A stretch of DNA of 64,000 bases from an uncultured Verrucomicrobiae bacterium (GTDB lineage Bacteria > Verrucomicrobiota > Verrucomicrobiia > Chthoniobacterales > UBA10450). The stretch spans positions 242,225 through 306,224 of the forward strand of contig CAWFGO010000005.1 of assembly GCA_963815455.1 (NCBI GenBank). The letters are read 5' to 3'. Both the position numbers and the translations under genes were made by a program. The first letter of the stretch is position 1, and the number at the start of each line of letters is the position of its first letter. Of the stretch, positions 34,218-44,807 are shown in pieces. The notes beneath the pieces are model-generated. The model worked only from the letters and a program-made list of their open reading frames with translations. It had not been told where the DNA came from and searched no databases.

Positions 34218-35058
34218 TTAATCAAGTCTCGCAGCCTCTTGGCAACGTTTCATCAACTGCGGCGCTTTCATTCGCTTCGCCCACTTCGCGAATGCCGACG
34301 TCGGACCGCGCCAGCGCAGCGTCTCGACTTTTTTAAAGAGCGGCGCGTCGGTGCGCAGGGTCGCGAGTTTCTTGAAGAGCAATGCGAATTCGCGCTGTTC
34401 GCCAAGAACTTTTCGCGGAAAGTTCTCGATCTTACCGTAGCGGTTCAAAAGTGTGGCGGCGGTCCTTGCGCCGATTCCAGCGATGCCGGGGTAACCGTCG
34501 GCCGCATCGCCCACGAGCGCGAGCAGGTCCGGAATGAGCTGCGGGCTGACGCCGAACTTTTCGCGTATCCCAGCCGCATCGCGAATCGTTTTTGCGCCGG
34601 CCGTCGATCTGCACGACGCGCGTACCTCGCACGCATTGCGCCAGATCTTTATCCGGCGTCCAGATCGCGACTTTCTTTACCTTCTTGTCCTTCGACGCGA
34701 GATGCGCGGCCGAAGCGAGCGCATCATCGGCTTCGAGCTCGATCATCGGCCAGACGACAACGCCCATCGCCGCGAGCGCTTCCTCAAGCGGATGGAATTG
34801 CGAGAAAAGCGCGGGCTCGATGCCGTCGCCAGTCTTGTAGTCCGCCCAAAGCCGATTGCGAAAAGACTCGATCACGTGATCGGTGGCGACGCCGAGATAG
34901 GTGTCGCCGTTTTCGTTTTCAACTATTTCGAGAACGCTCTGGAGCACGCCGACGACCGCGCCGTATGGGCGGTCCTTGCCCTTAGTGAAGCGGCGCAAGC
35001 CGTAGAAGTGACGGAAGAGTTCGTAAGTTCCGTCGATTAGATGAACGATCATCCGCAC
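34218..35058 (-). CDS. 5'-3' exonuclease/flap endonuclease (Xni-like), frameshift near 34585
   Basis: HLIDGTYELFR, EADDALA, TPDKDLAQ, LALVGDAADGYPGIAGIG (H3TH). Confidence 0.88.
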
Positions 35059-35383
35059 AGTAAGGGGATGAAATCACCAAATTCCAATCACCAAGCACCA
35101 GTGAATGTCCAATAACCAATCTCCAATGAAACCGCATGTCCGCCGCAGGACAATGGAGCGAGTTGGGTAGTCGCGACATGGATCATGTAACCCGAGGGGC
35201 GAGGGTGAGAAAGCGGGCGGCGAACGAATCAAACTCGCCGTGGTGAAAGGCGAAGCCTTTTACGCGGATCATTTTGACTCACCGTTAGTCCTCGTGGCTG
35301 CGCGATCAAAAACCGCCGACAGGGTTAAATGATTTGACCCCAATTTCACCCCACTGAAGTTTACGCGAAAGTGTAGATTTACA

Positions 35384-36220
35384 ATGAAAGGCTGGTCACA
35401 CCCCAATCCTGAAGCCGCGGCGCCGGGTGAAATCGTCGGCATTTACCCGTTCACACTCTCGCTCGAGGAGAGCGAGTTGCTCGGCAACCAACTGTTTGCG
35501 GCAGATCAGGACTTTCTTATTTCGCACTACATGAAGGAAAAGTTCCTTCTGCAACTGCTCGAGTTCTCCGCCTTATCAACGAAGCGCCTCGACCTGTACG
35601 ACGATGATCCTTTGGAGGGATTGTATCCAGAAGCCAACAGGCACAATTTCGCTCAGGCCGATGCACAGTTGATGCAGCAGACGAACGCGAAGCGAGACGT
35701 TCAGGCATTTTTGCAGTCACAGGCAATTCATCGAACGCATTGTTATGCTCATTGCTGGTTTGGGATCCCCGAGGAGAGCGCAGACATGTGGGAAAGATAC
35801 TCCGACAAAGGCACCGGAGTCTGCCTTGTCAGCTCGACGCATCGTTTGCTTCGTGCCGTCGTCACGGAGTCGAGCGTTGCGCATGAACTCGGAAGAGTGA
35901 CCTATTGGCCAGATAACAAGCCTCTCCCGGACCTGCACAGCTCCACGGTAATGTTTCGCAAGCAGCCGAGGTTTTCGAAAGAGAACGAGGTGAGGTTACT
36001 GAGCCAAATCAGAATGGATTACCTCCCGACTGATGCTGAAGGTTTCCTTTCGCCCTGTCCTGAACGGCTGACCGTGCAAGTAAATCTAAATACGTTGGTC
36101 GCTGGCATCATTCTAGGGCCAAGCATGACGATTGAAAGCCGCCAAAAAGTAGTCGAACTTGCGCAAGCGAAGGTTCCGCACGCAAGAATCGTTCGCTCTC
36201 GACTCGAAGTGCAACCGTAG
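35384..36220 (+). CDS. DUF2971-like protein
   Basis: HCW...ESADMWERYS...GVCL...V-x-Y...FRKQPRFSKENEVR motif pattern. Confidence 0.65.
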   Translation: MKGWSHPNPEAAAPGEIVGIYPFTLSLEESELLGNQLFAADQDFLISHYMKEKFLLQLLEFSALSTKRLDLYDDDPLEGLYPEANRHNFAQADAQLMQQTNAKRDVQAFLQSQAIHRTHCYAHCWFGIPEESADMWERYSDKGTGVCLVSSTHRLLRAVVTESSVAHELGRVTYWPDNKPLPDLHSSTVMFRKQPRFSKENEVRLLSQIRMDYLPTDAEGFLSPCPERLTVQVNLNTLVAGIILGPSMTIESRQKVVELAQAKVPHARIVRSRLEVQP

Positions 36221-36248
36221 AAGCGACACCCGTTAGAAAAGTTTCGAA

Positions 36249-36820
36249 ATGATCCTTCCGGCCTGGCAACTCATCGTCACACGTGACGGCATCACGCTTG
36301 CAATCGCCATTTTGGGCGTAGTGCTCGGGATCGCGAATCTTTCGATCGATGTATGGAGACATCAACCACGGCTCAAAGTCACCCCGCAATTGTATTTCGT
36401 CGACCAAACTCACCCCAGCGATCCATCCTAATAGACCGGCCGCACGAAGATTTCATGCGATCCCGCGGGGCGACGACTGACAAAATGAAAGTAGCCATTG
36501 AGGTAATAAACCTCTCTCATACAAACACGATGACTTTGAATCACGTTGGATTTGCGAGGCGATTTGCAGAGTCGCGTTTTTTGATATGGGACCCCGCGAC
36601 GATTTTGGCAATCGTGCCTAGCGGCGGTTCCATTTCAGGACGGAAAATCGAGCCGTTGACTAGGGTTATCGTTTACACCCATTTCACCGCGCGCATGATC
36701 TTCGACAACTATGGCTCGTTTTCCTTTGCGATTGCAGAAACAGAGTCTGGAAAAGTGTTTCGAGGTTCGAGTCCCATCCTAAAACATATCCGTAAATCAC
36801 TTCGCCGAAGTTCAATTTAA
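36249..36820 (+). CDS. Hypothetical membrane-anchored protein, frameshift near 36425
   Basis: TM helix then PRLKV; continues in ORF 36353..36820 (IEVINL...GF). Confidence 0.6.
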
Positions 36821-36821
36821 C

Positions 36822-36935
36822 TATGGCGACCCAGCCGATCAGGTTGTTCGAAACGAACAGGCTCATAAAGGCCAGGCTCATCAGGGTGGCGTTTGGTTTG
36901 GCGGGCGTGGTGCGCGAAACCAGGGCGAAAGGATT
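36822..36935 (-). pseudogene. Fragment resembling a peptide MFS (POT) transporter C-terminal helix
   Basis: FALVSRTTPAKPNATLMSLAFMSLFVSNNLIGWV. Confidence 0.4.
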
Positions 36936-37009
36936 GAAGCGGGGCAGACCAAGCATTTGACATTCCGCCAGGTCCTTGAGGTTAATTCGCTGAAAACTTC
37001 CAGGAAGAA

Positions 37010-38330
37010 CTATTTCGGCGATGGCTGGCGTGACGGTGAAGGCAGCTCCTCTCTTAAGTTTCTAGGAGGAGGAGGAGGATTTGTCGACCCGGGAAACGTG
37101 GGGTCTGCGGTCCCATTCGGCTTTAGTCTGCTTGCCGCAAAATCCTCCGCAGCCACGCCGGCCAAACAATGTTGCCCTGGGCGACAATTGCGACGGCGTT
37201 TGCTGAATCGGTGCCAGAGATGTTGAAGCGCAGGACGCCATCTCCGTCGAGTCCTCCGGGACTGAAAGAGCTGTCGAGGGCACCGTCGGGTTTTAGGCGT
37301 GCGACAGCAAAGTCGTCGCTCGAAACTCCGGCGAGAATGATCTTGCCGTCTGGCTGAATGGCGATTGCGTTAACCGAATCGTTGCCGGAAATATTGAAGC
37401 GTAACACGCCATCTCCGTCGAGTCCTCCGGGACTGAAAGAGCTGTCGAGGGTACCGTCGGGTTTTAGGCGTGCGACAGCAAAGTCGTCGCTCGAAACTCC
37501 GGCGAGAATGATCTTGCCGTCTGGCTGAATGGCGATTGCGTTAACCGAATCGTTGCCGGAAATATTGAAGCGTAGCACGCCATCTCCGTCGAGTCCTCCG
37601 GGACTGAAAGAGCTGTCGAGGGTACCGTCGGGTTTTAGGCGTGCGACAGCAAAGTCGTTGCTCGAACCCCCGGCGAGGATGATCTTGCCGTCCGGCTGAA
37701 TTGCGACGGCGTTTGCTGAATCGGTGCCAGAGATGTTGAAGCGCAGGACGCCATCTCCATCGAGTTCTCCGGGACTGAAAGAATTGTCGAGGGTACCGTC
37801 GGGATTTAGGCGTGCGACAGCAAAGTCGTTGCTCGAAACCCCGGCGAGGATGATCTTGCCGCCTGGCTGAATGGCAATTGCGTTAACCGAATCGTTACCG
37901 GAAATATTGAAGCGTAGCACGCCATCTCCGTCGAGTCCTCCGGGGCTGAAAGAGTTGTCGAGGGTACTGTCGGGTTTTAGGCGTGCGACGGCGAAGTCGT
38001 CACTGGAAACGCCGGCTAAGATGATTTTGGCATCGCGCTGAATGGCCAGCGCGTTTGCCGAATCGTTCCGAAATGTTAAAGCGCAAGATTCCGTCACCGT
38101 CCACGCCTCGATGGCTAAATTCTGGGTCGAGGATCCGCCCGCTTGATACCGAATGACTGCAAAGTTATTGCTGGAAGAGCCCGCAACAACTAACTTACCG
38201 TCGGGTTGAACACCAACGCCCTACCAACATCGTTACCTGCAATGTTTGTCCTTTGATTTCCTGCCAATGCGGAGGTGCCGACGAGAAGGCTTGCTAAAAC
38301 TAAGCAACGCAACTGTCTCGTCACAGACAT
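37010..38330 (-). CDS. Exported delta-60-repeat beta-propeller protein (several frameshifts at both ends)
   Basis: Signal peptide MSVTRQLRCLVLASLLVG; repeats AIQPDGKIILAG...FAVARLKPDGTLDSSF...GDG; C-terminal PPPPRNLR. Confidence 0.8.
37190..38060 (-). repeat. Five near-identical 171-bp (57-aa) tandem units
   Basis: GCCATCTCC anchor recurs at 37237, 37408, 37579, 37750 and 37921. Confidence 0.95.
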
Positions 38331-38672
38331 GAAGCAACAGTTCCCCCGTTGTGCTCGAAGAGGATAGGAGAAAAAAAGCGGATAAAGTGTGATACAGCCT
38401 TTTTAGTAGATGGATACATTACTGCCAAGAGAATTCGTTCCACCTGGCAGTTATCGGTTAATGGTTAACGGTTATTCGTCGGCAGATAGGAAGGGTTAGC
38501 GTGGGGGTCGTATCGTTTATTCTTGTCCAAGATCCGAAGGCGATCAGTCGTAAGACGGGTTGAGAGTTGAGAGCGTAAAGCTCCGTTGGAGCCACGCTCC
38601 TTTACGGAGTTGAGAGCGAGAGGTCAGCCGCCTTCGTGCAAGACTACGGCGAGCCAAGGAAGTCGGAGACTT

Positions 38673-38918
38673 TTAGCGAACCTCTATGCCAATCGGGGCT
38701 TGGTTGGCAGTCAAAAACGTTTTCACCAGTTCGCCTTCGCCGCAGACGATCATTTCGGGAAAGCGTTTGAACCATTCCCCGGTCGGAACTTCCGGTTCGC
38801 TGTCCAACCATGCTGAAAGCAGTCCGAGCTGCGAAGTTGAAATCTCCCGTTCGCGCACTCGCCTAACGAGGTGCGACATTAGCGCGTCAGGAATGCGCTC
38901 GCGTCGGATCCGAGGCAT
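38673..38918 (-). CDS. Putative toxin, small protein with DUF4258-like motif
   Basis: SHLVRRVREREISTSQL; second gene of a tight two-gene unit. Confidence 0.5.
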   Translation of the reverse strand: MPRIRRERIPDALMSHLVRRVREREISTSQLGLLSAWLDSEPEVPTGEWFKRFPEMIVCGEGELVKTFLTANQAPIGIEVR

Positions 38919-38921
38919 CGC

Positions 38922-39134
38922 TTACCGGCCGTAAAAGCCTGCAATAATTTCCTTCTCCAGCCGCTCCGCTTGCGCAGGATCTTTCGCAGCAACCATCCGA
39001 TCTGCCAGCGCGACGAGTTTATCAGGCGACAACTGACGTTTGCTCGCTTGCGAACGAAGCAAAGCGCTCAAAACTTCACCCTTTTCCTTTGATGGCAGGC
39101 GCTTGATTTCCTCGATGATTTGCTGCGCGGTCAT
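38922..39134 (-). CDS. Putative antitoxin-like small protein
   Basis: MTAQQIIEEIKRLPSKEKGEV addiction-module-like N-terminus; 3 bp from partner gene. Confidence 0.5.
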   Translation of the reverse strand: MTAQQIIEEIKRLPSKEKGEVLSALLRSQASKRQLSPDKLVALADRMVAAKDPAQAERLEKEIIAGFYGR

Positions 39135-39273
39135 GCCTTTAATAGACTTCGACTACGTCGGTCGATCAAGAAGGCCCTTTGCCCGTCAGACCTTTGCGCA
39201 ACCATTTCCTATTTATGAGATGGGTTCTAAAAGCATAGGAAATGCAGCATCTTCCTCTGCGCCAACTTTCTGA

Positions 39274-40092
39274 TCATCGCAGTGCGGCGACCACGTGTGC
39301 CTGAATTTTGCCGTCCACTTCGCCCGAACCGAAGCGGGCGGCGATGGCTTCGGTGGCGAGATCGGTGGCTTCGGCGAGGCGCGATGCATCACGCGCTTCG
39401 ATTTCACCGCGCAGCGGCGTTCCCTGACAGTAGGCGATCGCCGGCAGCCGCGGCGACTCTGCCCGGCTGCGCATGGCAAGCGTCGAGATCGTTGGTTGTT
39501 CGTTGAAGCCGGCGGCGGCGAGGTCGGCCACTACATTTTGCAATTGATGATAGCCGTGCGGAGTCCGCGCCAGGAAACGCGGCGGATCATGCGGGAACAT
39601 GCCGGCAAGTGTTTGCGTCACGACATCGGCGAATTCGTTCTCTTCGATGCGGTCCCATACGTTGAACAGGAATGTCCCGCCAGGGCGCAGCACCCGCCGC
39701 ACGTCTGAGAACGCTGCCGGCTTCTGCGGAAAAAACATGGCGCCGAACTGGCACACGACGATGTCGAACATTCCATCGTCGAAAGGCAACTGCATCGCAT
39801 CCGCCTGGCGCCATTCCACCGGGCGGGCCGTGCCAGCAGCGGCAGCCTGTGTCAGCATCGGCTCGTTCAAGTCGGTGGCGGTAATCTGCACGTCGGGCGC
39901 GAGTCTCTTGGCCAGCTCGCGAGTCACCACGCCTGTGCCAGCTGCAATCTCGAGCACCGCTGACGGCTGGCGTTGAGCTACTCGACCCGCCATGTCCGCC
40001 GCATACGGCTGGAAAATCAGCGGCACCAAATACTGTTCGTATAGCTGCGGAATCGATCCGCTGAATAGCTTATCAGTATCGTCGGCCATCAC
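39274..40092 (-). CDS. Class I SAM-dependent methyltransferase
   Basis: VLEIAAGTG, QADAMQLPF, RVLRPGG. Confidence 0.92.
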   Translation of the reverse strand: MMADDTDKLFSGSIPQLYEQYLVPLIFQPYAADMAGRVAQRQPSAVLEIAAGTGVVTRELAKRLAPDVQITATDLNEPMLTQAAAAGTARPVEWRQADAMQLPFDDGMFDIVVCQFGAMFFPQKPAAFSDVRRVLRPGGTFLFNVWDRIEENEFADVVTQTLAGMFPHDPPRFLARTPHGYHQLQNVVADLAAAGFNEQPTISTLAMRSRAESPRLPAIAYCQGTPLRGEIEARDASRLAEATDLATEAIAARFGSGEVDGKIQAHVVAALR

Positions 40093-41006
40093 TCATCTCT
40101 TTGGTTTCGTCTTCTTCACCGCGGACTTCCGGGCGCCCTTCTTGGCGACCCAACCCAGCCTTCGCACAAGGCTACTCCGAAAGTTTTCGCGAGCGGGCGG
40201 CGTGGCAAGCTGACAATCGGGTCGCGTTGTCGAATCGGGAGCGTTCAGTGGGCTCATGGGTGCGGGCACCGGCACGGTTGCGTCAAGCAGGCCGATGCGC
40301 TTGTTAACCCAATGCGTCTGATAGGCCCAGGCGGGCAGCGGCGCGGCCTTCGTCGTGCATGACCAGTTGTTGAAGTGGAGGTTTACCAGATAAAAATGCC
40401 GCCTCAGTTTCCGCAATACTTCGACAATTTTCGGATCGTCGTATCCGTGCATCTCCATCGAGATTTGGGGAATCGACGCCAGCAGTTCGTCCGGCGTCGC
40501 GAGAAGGGCGTCCCATTCTGCGCCTTCGATGTCCATTTTGATGATCACGCGTTGGCCGATCCGTCCGTTTTTTCGGAGCTGGTTTTCCAATGTATCAAAG
40601 AGGCGGGAATCTTTGGAACCGGTTCGATCTCCCACGCATTCATTATGAAACACCATGGTGCCGCCGTCGCAGAGTGGGCGTGCGGGATCAAAACAATCGT
40701 ACCATGGACCGGCACGTGATACCGGCGTGACACCTCGCAGCCCCAGTCATCGTTACTGCCAACGCCGTAGGAATAGGCCGCATCGATCGGCTCGATCAGG
40801 TTCTCGCACATCAGGTATCCGCCATCGTTGGCGCTGCCGAAGCGTTTCAGGGTACAGTTTTTTAATGCCACCGGTTGAAGCTCGGCCAGAATGGTTTCGC
40901 GCAGCCTGCGCCCTCGCGCTTCGCGCACGAGATCGCCCACGATGACAGCGCCGCCGAGCGCGAGAGCAACAATGACAAAGGCGAGGCGAATCGAGGGTTG
41001 GTTCAA
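40093..41006 (-). CDS. Methyltransferase-domain protein (FkbM/Methyltransf_22-like), frameshift near 40700
   Basis: RFGSANDGGYLMC, YSYGVG, KMDIEGAEW, MEMH, HFNN. Confidence 0.7.
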
Positions 41007-41166
41007 GGAAGTTGAGACGTTGAGTTGTTGAGAAGTTGAGTCGGCGAGCAGTTGCCCGACCTCGGTGGCCGAACGTCCGTGTCGATGAAGACCTGCGGAA
41101 GAGGCAAATCAGAGCAGAGCTTACTATCGACAGTCTGAAGCATTACTGATTACCGAACTCGGTTGT

Positions 41167-41898
41167 TTAGAAGTGCGCGCCCACGTACTCCCACATCTGA
41201 TGATGCCAGTAGGGCCAGTCGTGTCCGCCCTCCGGACCCCAATCATCCAGATGATGCGGGATGCCGCGGGCGGCGAGAACCTCGGACATGCGGTAGGTCG
41301 GGCCGCTGTTCTCCCACGGACCGCAGCCGGTGACGAGGTGGATATCGCAACTGGCATATTGCTGGAGAAACCAGGGGTCGTGCTGGTTGGACATATAGTC
41401 GACCGGATTATTGAAGTAGAAGTTGTCGTCGTACATGCCGTCCATGGAATCGCGCAGGTCGTAAATGCCTGAGAGCGCGTAGCAGCGCTTCACGTGGTCA
41501 GGATGTTTGAAGAGGGTGTTGGCCGCATGGTAAGCGCCGAGCGATGCGCCTAGCGTGCTAATCGCAATGCCCGGCGTCTGGCACTGGGAATCGATGAAGG
41601 GGAAGACTTCGCTAGCCACGTAGTCGTCGTATTGCGCCTGCATCCAGCTGCGATGGAATGGATGCGCCCCCTTGTTTGCGAACGAATCGCTTTGCACGCC
41701 GTTGATGCAGAAGATTCGGATTCGACCCTGGTCGATGTAGGGACTGAGAGTGCCGATCATTCCCTGACCTTCCTGTTCCCATTCGTCGCCCATGCTGGTC
41801 GGGAATGCGAGGATCGGCAGGCCATAATTGCCGTACACGGCAACGCCCATGTCGCGGTTAAGACGATGTGAGTACCAACTGTGATGGTCGCGGTGCAT
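41167..41898 (-). CDS. Putative esterase (alpha/beta hydrolase)
   Basis: GASLG nucleophile elbow, HDWPYW; start MHRDHHSW. Confidence 0.88.
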   Translation of the reverse strand: MHRDHHSWYSHRLNRDMGVAVYGNYGLPILAFPTSMGDEWEQEGQGMIGTLSPYIDQGRIRIFCINGVQSDSFANKGAHPFHRSWMQAQYDDYVASEVFPFIDSQCQTPGIAISTLGASLGAYHAANTLFKHPDHVKRCYALSGIYDLRDSMDGMYDDNFYFNNPVDYMSNQHDPWFLQQYASCDIHLVTGCGPWENSGPTYRMSEVLAARGIPHHLDDWGPEGGHDWPYWHHQMWEYVGAHF

Positions 41899-42196
41899 GC
41901 CTTGCGAGGATACCGGGACGACGGCCAGGTTCAAGCTGTTGACGGCTGTTAGAAATGCTGGAATCCCGCTCAGGACAGGCCGCGTCGAGACATCTTTTAC
42001 TGTCAAAAAATTCTTGAAAAGAGAGATTCCTCCAGACCTTCGCACAAGGCTACGGCTTGGCAGGCGACTCCGCTCGGAATGACAATCGAGGAAATCATTG
42101 TCCAAGAACTGAAGGCGCAGGGGTAAACCGCGGGGCAAGAGAGGAGGACACACTGCGTTTGCGCGCTTTGGCTGGAAGAGGATCATATAGCGTCGG

Positions 42197-42901
42197 ATGA
42201 AGACGAACATCTTGCTATTGGCAGTCGTTTGCCTGGCCAGCCTGGGTTTTGGGCAAGGCAAGGCAAAAACGCCGGAACAATCTGTCGCGGGTGTTCCGAA
42301 AGAATACGTAGTGGGAGTAGAAAGCCTTTCGCCTAACGCACGGTTCGCGATTTTGTATCCGGTTCGCGAGCAGGGCAACGACGCCGAGTTGCCGCCGAAC
42401 CTGTTGGTCTGCCTCAATCCTTACGCCGTGGTGACCAGAGTCGGCGATGATTACGGCCGGGTGGCGGGCGAGCGCGGTCAACCGCTGGCGAAATGGAACG
42501 GGAATTCGATGGTCGCGATCTGGACCGACCGGAAATGGGGAATGACCGACCTGTCGATCATCGAGATTGAAGCCGATCGGATCAAACGGGTCCATCCGAT
42601 CTGGCGTCACGTGCGTTTGCTCTTCGATAAGGATTTTCGCGAGCGTTTTTTGAAGAAGTATCCTGACGAAAAAGGGTCCGGGGTCATTTTCGTTTCCCAA
42701 TACCAGGGGACGGAGCGGAAACCCGAGTTCGAATTCAAGGGCCGCAAAGTATTGCTGGATCTTTTTGCCGATAACAAACCCAATCTTTCTTCGGGGCCAC
42801 ATTGGACGGCATCGCTGCACGCTGCCTGGAATCTCGACACCGGCGAATTGGAGAAAGTGAAATTTCAGCCGGGACCGATCGAGATCCGGCCGGAAGAGTA
42901 A
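42197..42901 (+). CDS. Exported hypothetical protein
   Basis: Signal peptide MKTNILLLAVVCLASLG; 234-aa ORF. Confidence 0.7.
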   Translation: MKTNILLLAVVCLASLGFGQGKAKTPEQSVAGVPKEYVVGVESLSPNARFAILYPVREQGNDAELPPNLLVCLNPYAVVTRVGDDYGRVAGERGQPLAKWNGNSMVAIWTDRKWGMTDLSIIEIEADRIKRVHPIWRHVRLLFDKDFRERFLKKYPDEKGSGVIFVSQYQGTERKPEFEFKGRKVLLDLFADNKPNLSSGPHWTASLHAAWNLDTGELEKVKFQPGPIEIRPEE

Positions 42902-42926
42902 CGTAGAAAACGCTAAAAAAATATCC

Positions 42927-43736
42927 TCACTTGTGACAATGCGGACAGGAGACGGATTCCACGTAGCGGGGGTCTTTCTGTTCGAGCGCGGTAAGTGGGG
43001 TCTGACAGACGAAGCAGAGCGCGGCTCCGGTCTCGCGCAGGGAGGGATCGAGCGCGACGCGTTTGTCGAACACGAAGCAGTCGCCTTCGAAATGTTCGCC
43101 GCCGCATTCCTCAAAGTAGCGGAGGATACCGCCATCGAGCTGGAAGACCTGGGCGAATCCGGCGGCCTGCAAAAGAGGCGCTGCTTTCTCGCAACGAATG
43201 CCACCGGTGCAAAAGGTCACGACCGGTTCGTCTTTCAGATGACTGGGCAGGGACGCAGCCGCCATTGGGAAATCGCGGAAATGATCGAGGCCTAACGTGC
43301 GGGCGCCCCGGAAGGTGCCGAGCTTGACTTCGTAGGCGTTGCGGGCGTCGAGAAGGGTGACGGATCGGCCTTGGTCGAGCCATTCCTTTAATTTTGTTGG
43401 CGAAACCTTTGGGGCGGGGCAACGCCCGGGGTCGATTCCATCGACACCAAAAGGGATGATTTCTTTTTTTATCTTCACCAGCATTCGGTTGAACGGCTGA
43501 TGATCGCTCTTGCTGATTTTTGTGGTGAGATCAGCGAGAGCGGGGATGGTCCGAAGATAATTGAGGAGCGCATGGGCGGCGTCGGGTTCGGCCGACACGA
43601 CGAGATTGATTCCTTCCGGGCTGAGCAGGATCGTGCCGCGCATTCCCTTGCACATCGTGCGCAGGGCGGCCTGGAGAGCATTCAGATCGCCTAACGGAGC
43701 AAATTTATAAGCCGAAATGTTGGTGAAGACCGGCAT
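42927..43736 (-). CDS. trhO: Rhodanese-domain tRNA uridine(34) hydroxylase TrhO (YceA-like)
   Basis: GTILLSPEGIN, LDARNAYE, FCTGGIRCEKA, GDCFVFDKR. Confidence 0.85.
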   Translation of the reverse strand: MPVFTNISAYKFAPLGDLNALQAALRTMCKGMRGTILLSPEGINLVVSAEPDAAHALLNYLRTIPALADLTTKISKSDHQPFNRMLVKIKKEIIPFGVDGIDPGRCPAPKVSPTKLKEWLDQGRSVTLLDARNAYEVKLGTFRGARTLGLDHFRDFPMAAASLPSHLKDEPVVTFCTGGIRCEKAAPLLQAAGFAQVFQLDGGILRYFEECGGEHFEGDCFVFDKRVALDPSLRETGAALCFVCQTPLTALEQKDPRYVESVSCPHCHK

Positions 43737-43832
43737 GAGGGGAAGGTAAGAAGTGAGAAGTTGGAATTAGGAAGTATGGCGCAGAATGAAGAAAGTATGA
43801 AGCATGAACGAAGTAAGAGCTGAGGGCGCGGC

Positions 43833-44624
43833 CTAGTTTAGCAGTTCGATCGAGTCGCCTTTGCGAATCGTGCCTTCGGCGAGCACGGCGGCGTAGATGC
43901 CGGCCTTGCCTTCGTGGGCTTGGGCGACGGCTTTCAAGATAGCCGGCGTTTTTTCCGCGGTGTCGGGGTCGAGCGTGATCATCATGCAACGCCCGTCGCG
44001 CGCGCGGATCGATACAACGACCTTCAATCCGATGCGGAGAGTTTTGCCGACAAACTGATCTTCGGCGAAGCCCTCAGCGTTCGTAAGATCGACATAGACG
44101 TTGGCGCGGAACCGTCGTTTATCGACGACGACGCCGGATTCCTGGCCGAGTTTCGTTGCGGTTTGCACGGACAAGATCGACAGCGGAAGACAATCGGTCA
44201 TGGCCTTGTCCGAGCGAAGCAAGGTGAGATCGTGTTTGCCTTCGAGACCGGCGCGAAGTGCTTCGATCAACGCCGGATCATCTATCGTGAACGTTTTTCC
44301 ATCCGGCGCCTCCACGTCCACCATCAGGTCTGCGGCATTGGCCGAGACCGGATTGATCAGGGGCGACAAAGTTGCCGCTTCGGCCTGATTAATCGGTCGA
44401 GCCGCTTTCCCGGGGTCGCGAAACCGCGCACGGTAACGAATCATATGGCGTTGATCGCGTGCGGTGAGAAAGGGAAAGCCCTTTGCATTGGCCGAACTCT
44501 GGAACGCGAAAAGGCGATCGCCATAAACGCCAGCGTAGCCGGCGAACAGTTCGTCCAGCTCTTCGCCGCGCATGCTCTTGACCGGATACCGCCAAAGGCT
44601 TTCTACTGTTCCGACGACGCTCAC
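43833..44624 (-). CDS. MOSC domain protein
   Basis: LWRYPVKSMRGE, GDR, RRFRAN, RC, GIYA. Confidence 0.9.
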   Translation of the reverse strand: MSVVGTVESLWRYPVKSMRGEELDELFAGYAGVYGDRLFAFQSSANAKGFPFLTARDQRHMIRYRARFRDPGKAARPINQAEAATLSPLINPVSANAADLMVDVEAPDGKTFTIDDPALIEALRAGLEGKHDLTLLRSDKAMTDCLPLSILSVQTATKLGQESGVVVDKRRFRANVYVDLTNAEGFAEDQFVGKTLRIGLKVVVSIRARDGRCMMITLDPDTAEKTPAILKAVAQAHEGKAGIYAAVLAEGTIRKGDSIELLN

Positions 44625-44807
44625 GAGGCAAAGTAGAAAGGAGAAAGTAGGAATTAGAAAGTAGGAAGTCGCTGGGGCCCCAATGTTGTTGACTCCTGAT
44701 GCCCGGGCCTTAGCGTCGTTCTAGATGCGAAGCCAAAGGCTTCGTGGTTCGCCCGGACAGGATGCCCGGTTTTGGGACGAGCCTTTACCTCAACAAGAAA
44801 GTTCATC

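Noticed and set aside
36755..36790. GGTTCGAGTCCC T-loop-like motif as a tRNA or att site
   Set aside because: Lies within an ORF; no cloverleaf or CCA end can be built.
37190..38060. Regular repeats as a CRISPR array
   Set aside because: Units are contiguous 171-bp coding repeats with no unique spacers, and no cas genes are present.
41899..42417. N-terminal extension of the esterase in ORF 41167..42417
   Set aside because: Reads through intergenic repeats and antisense of 42197..42901; homology-like sequence starts at MHRDHHSW.
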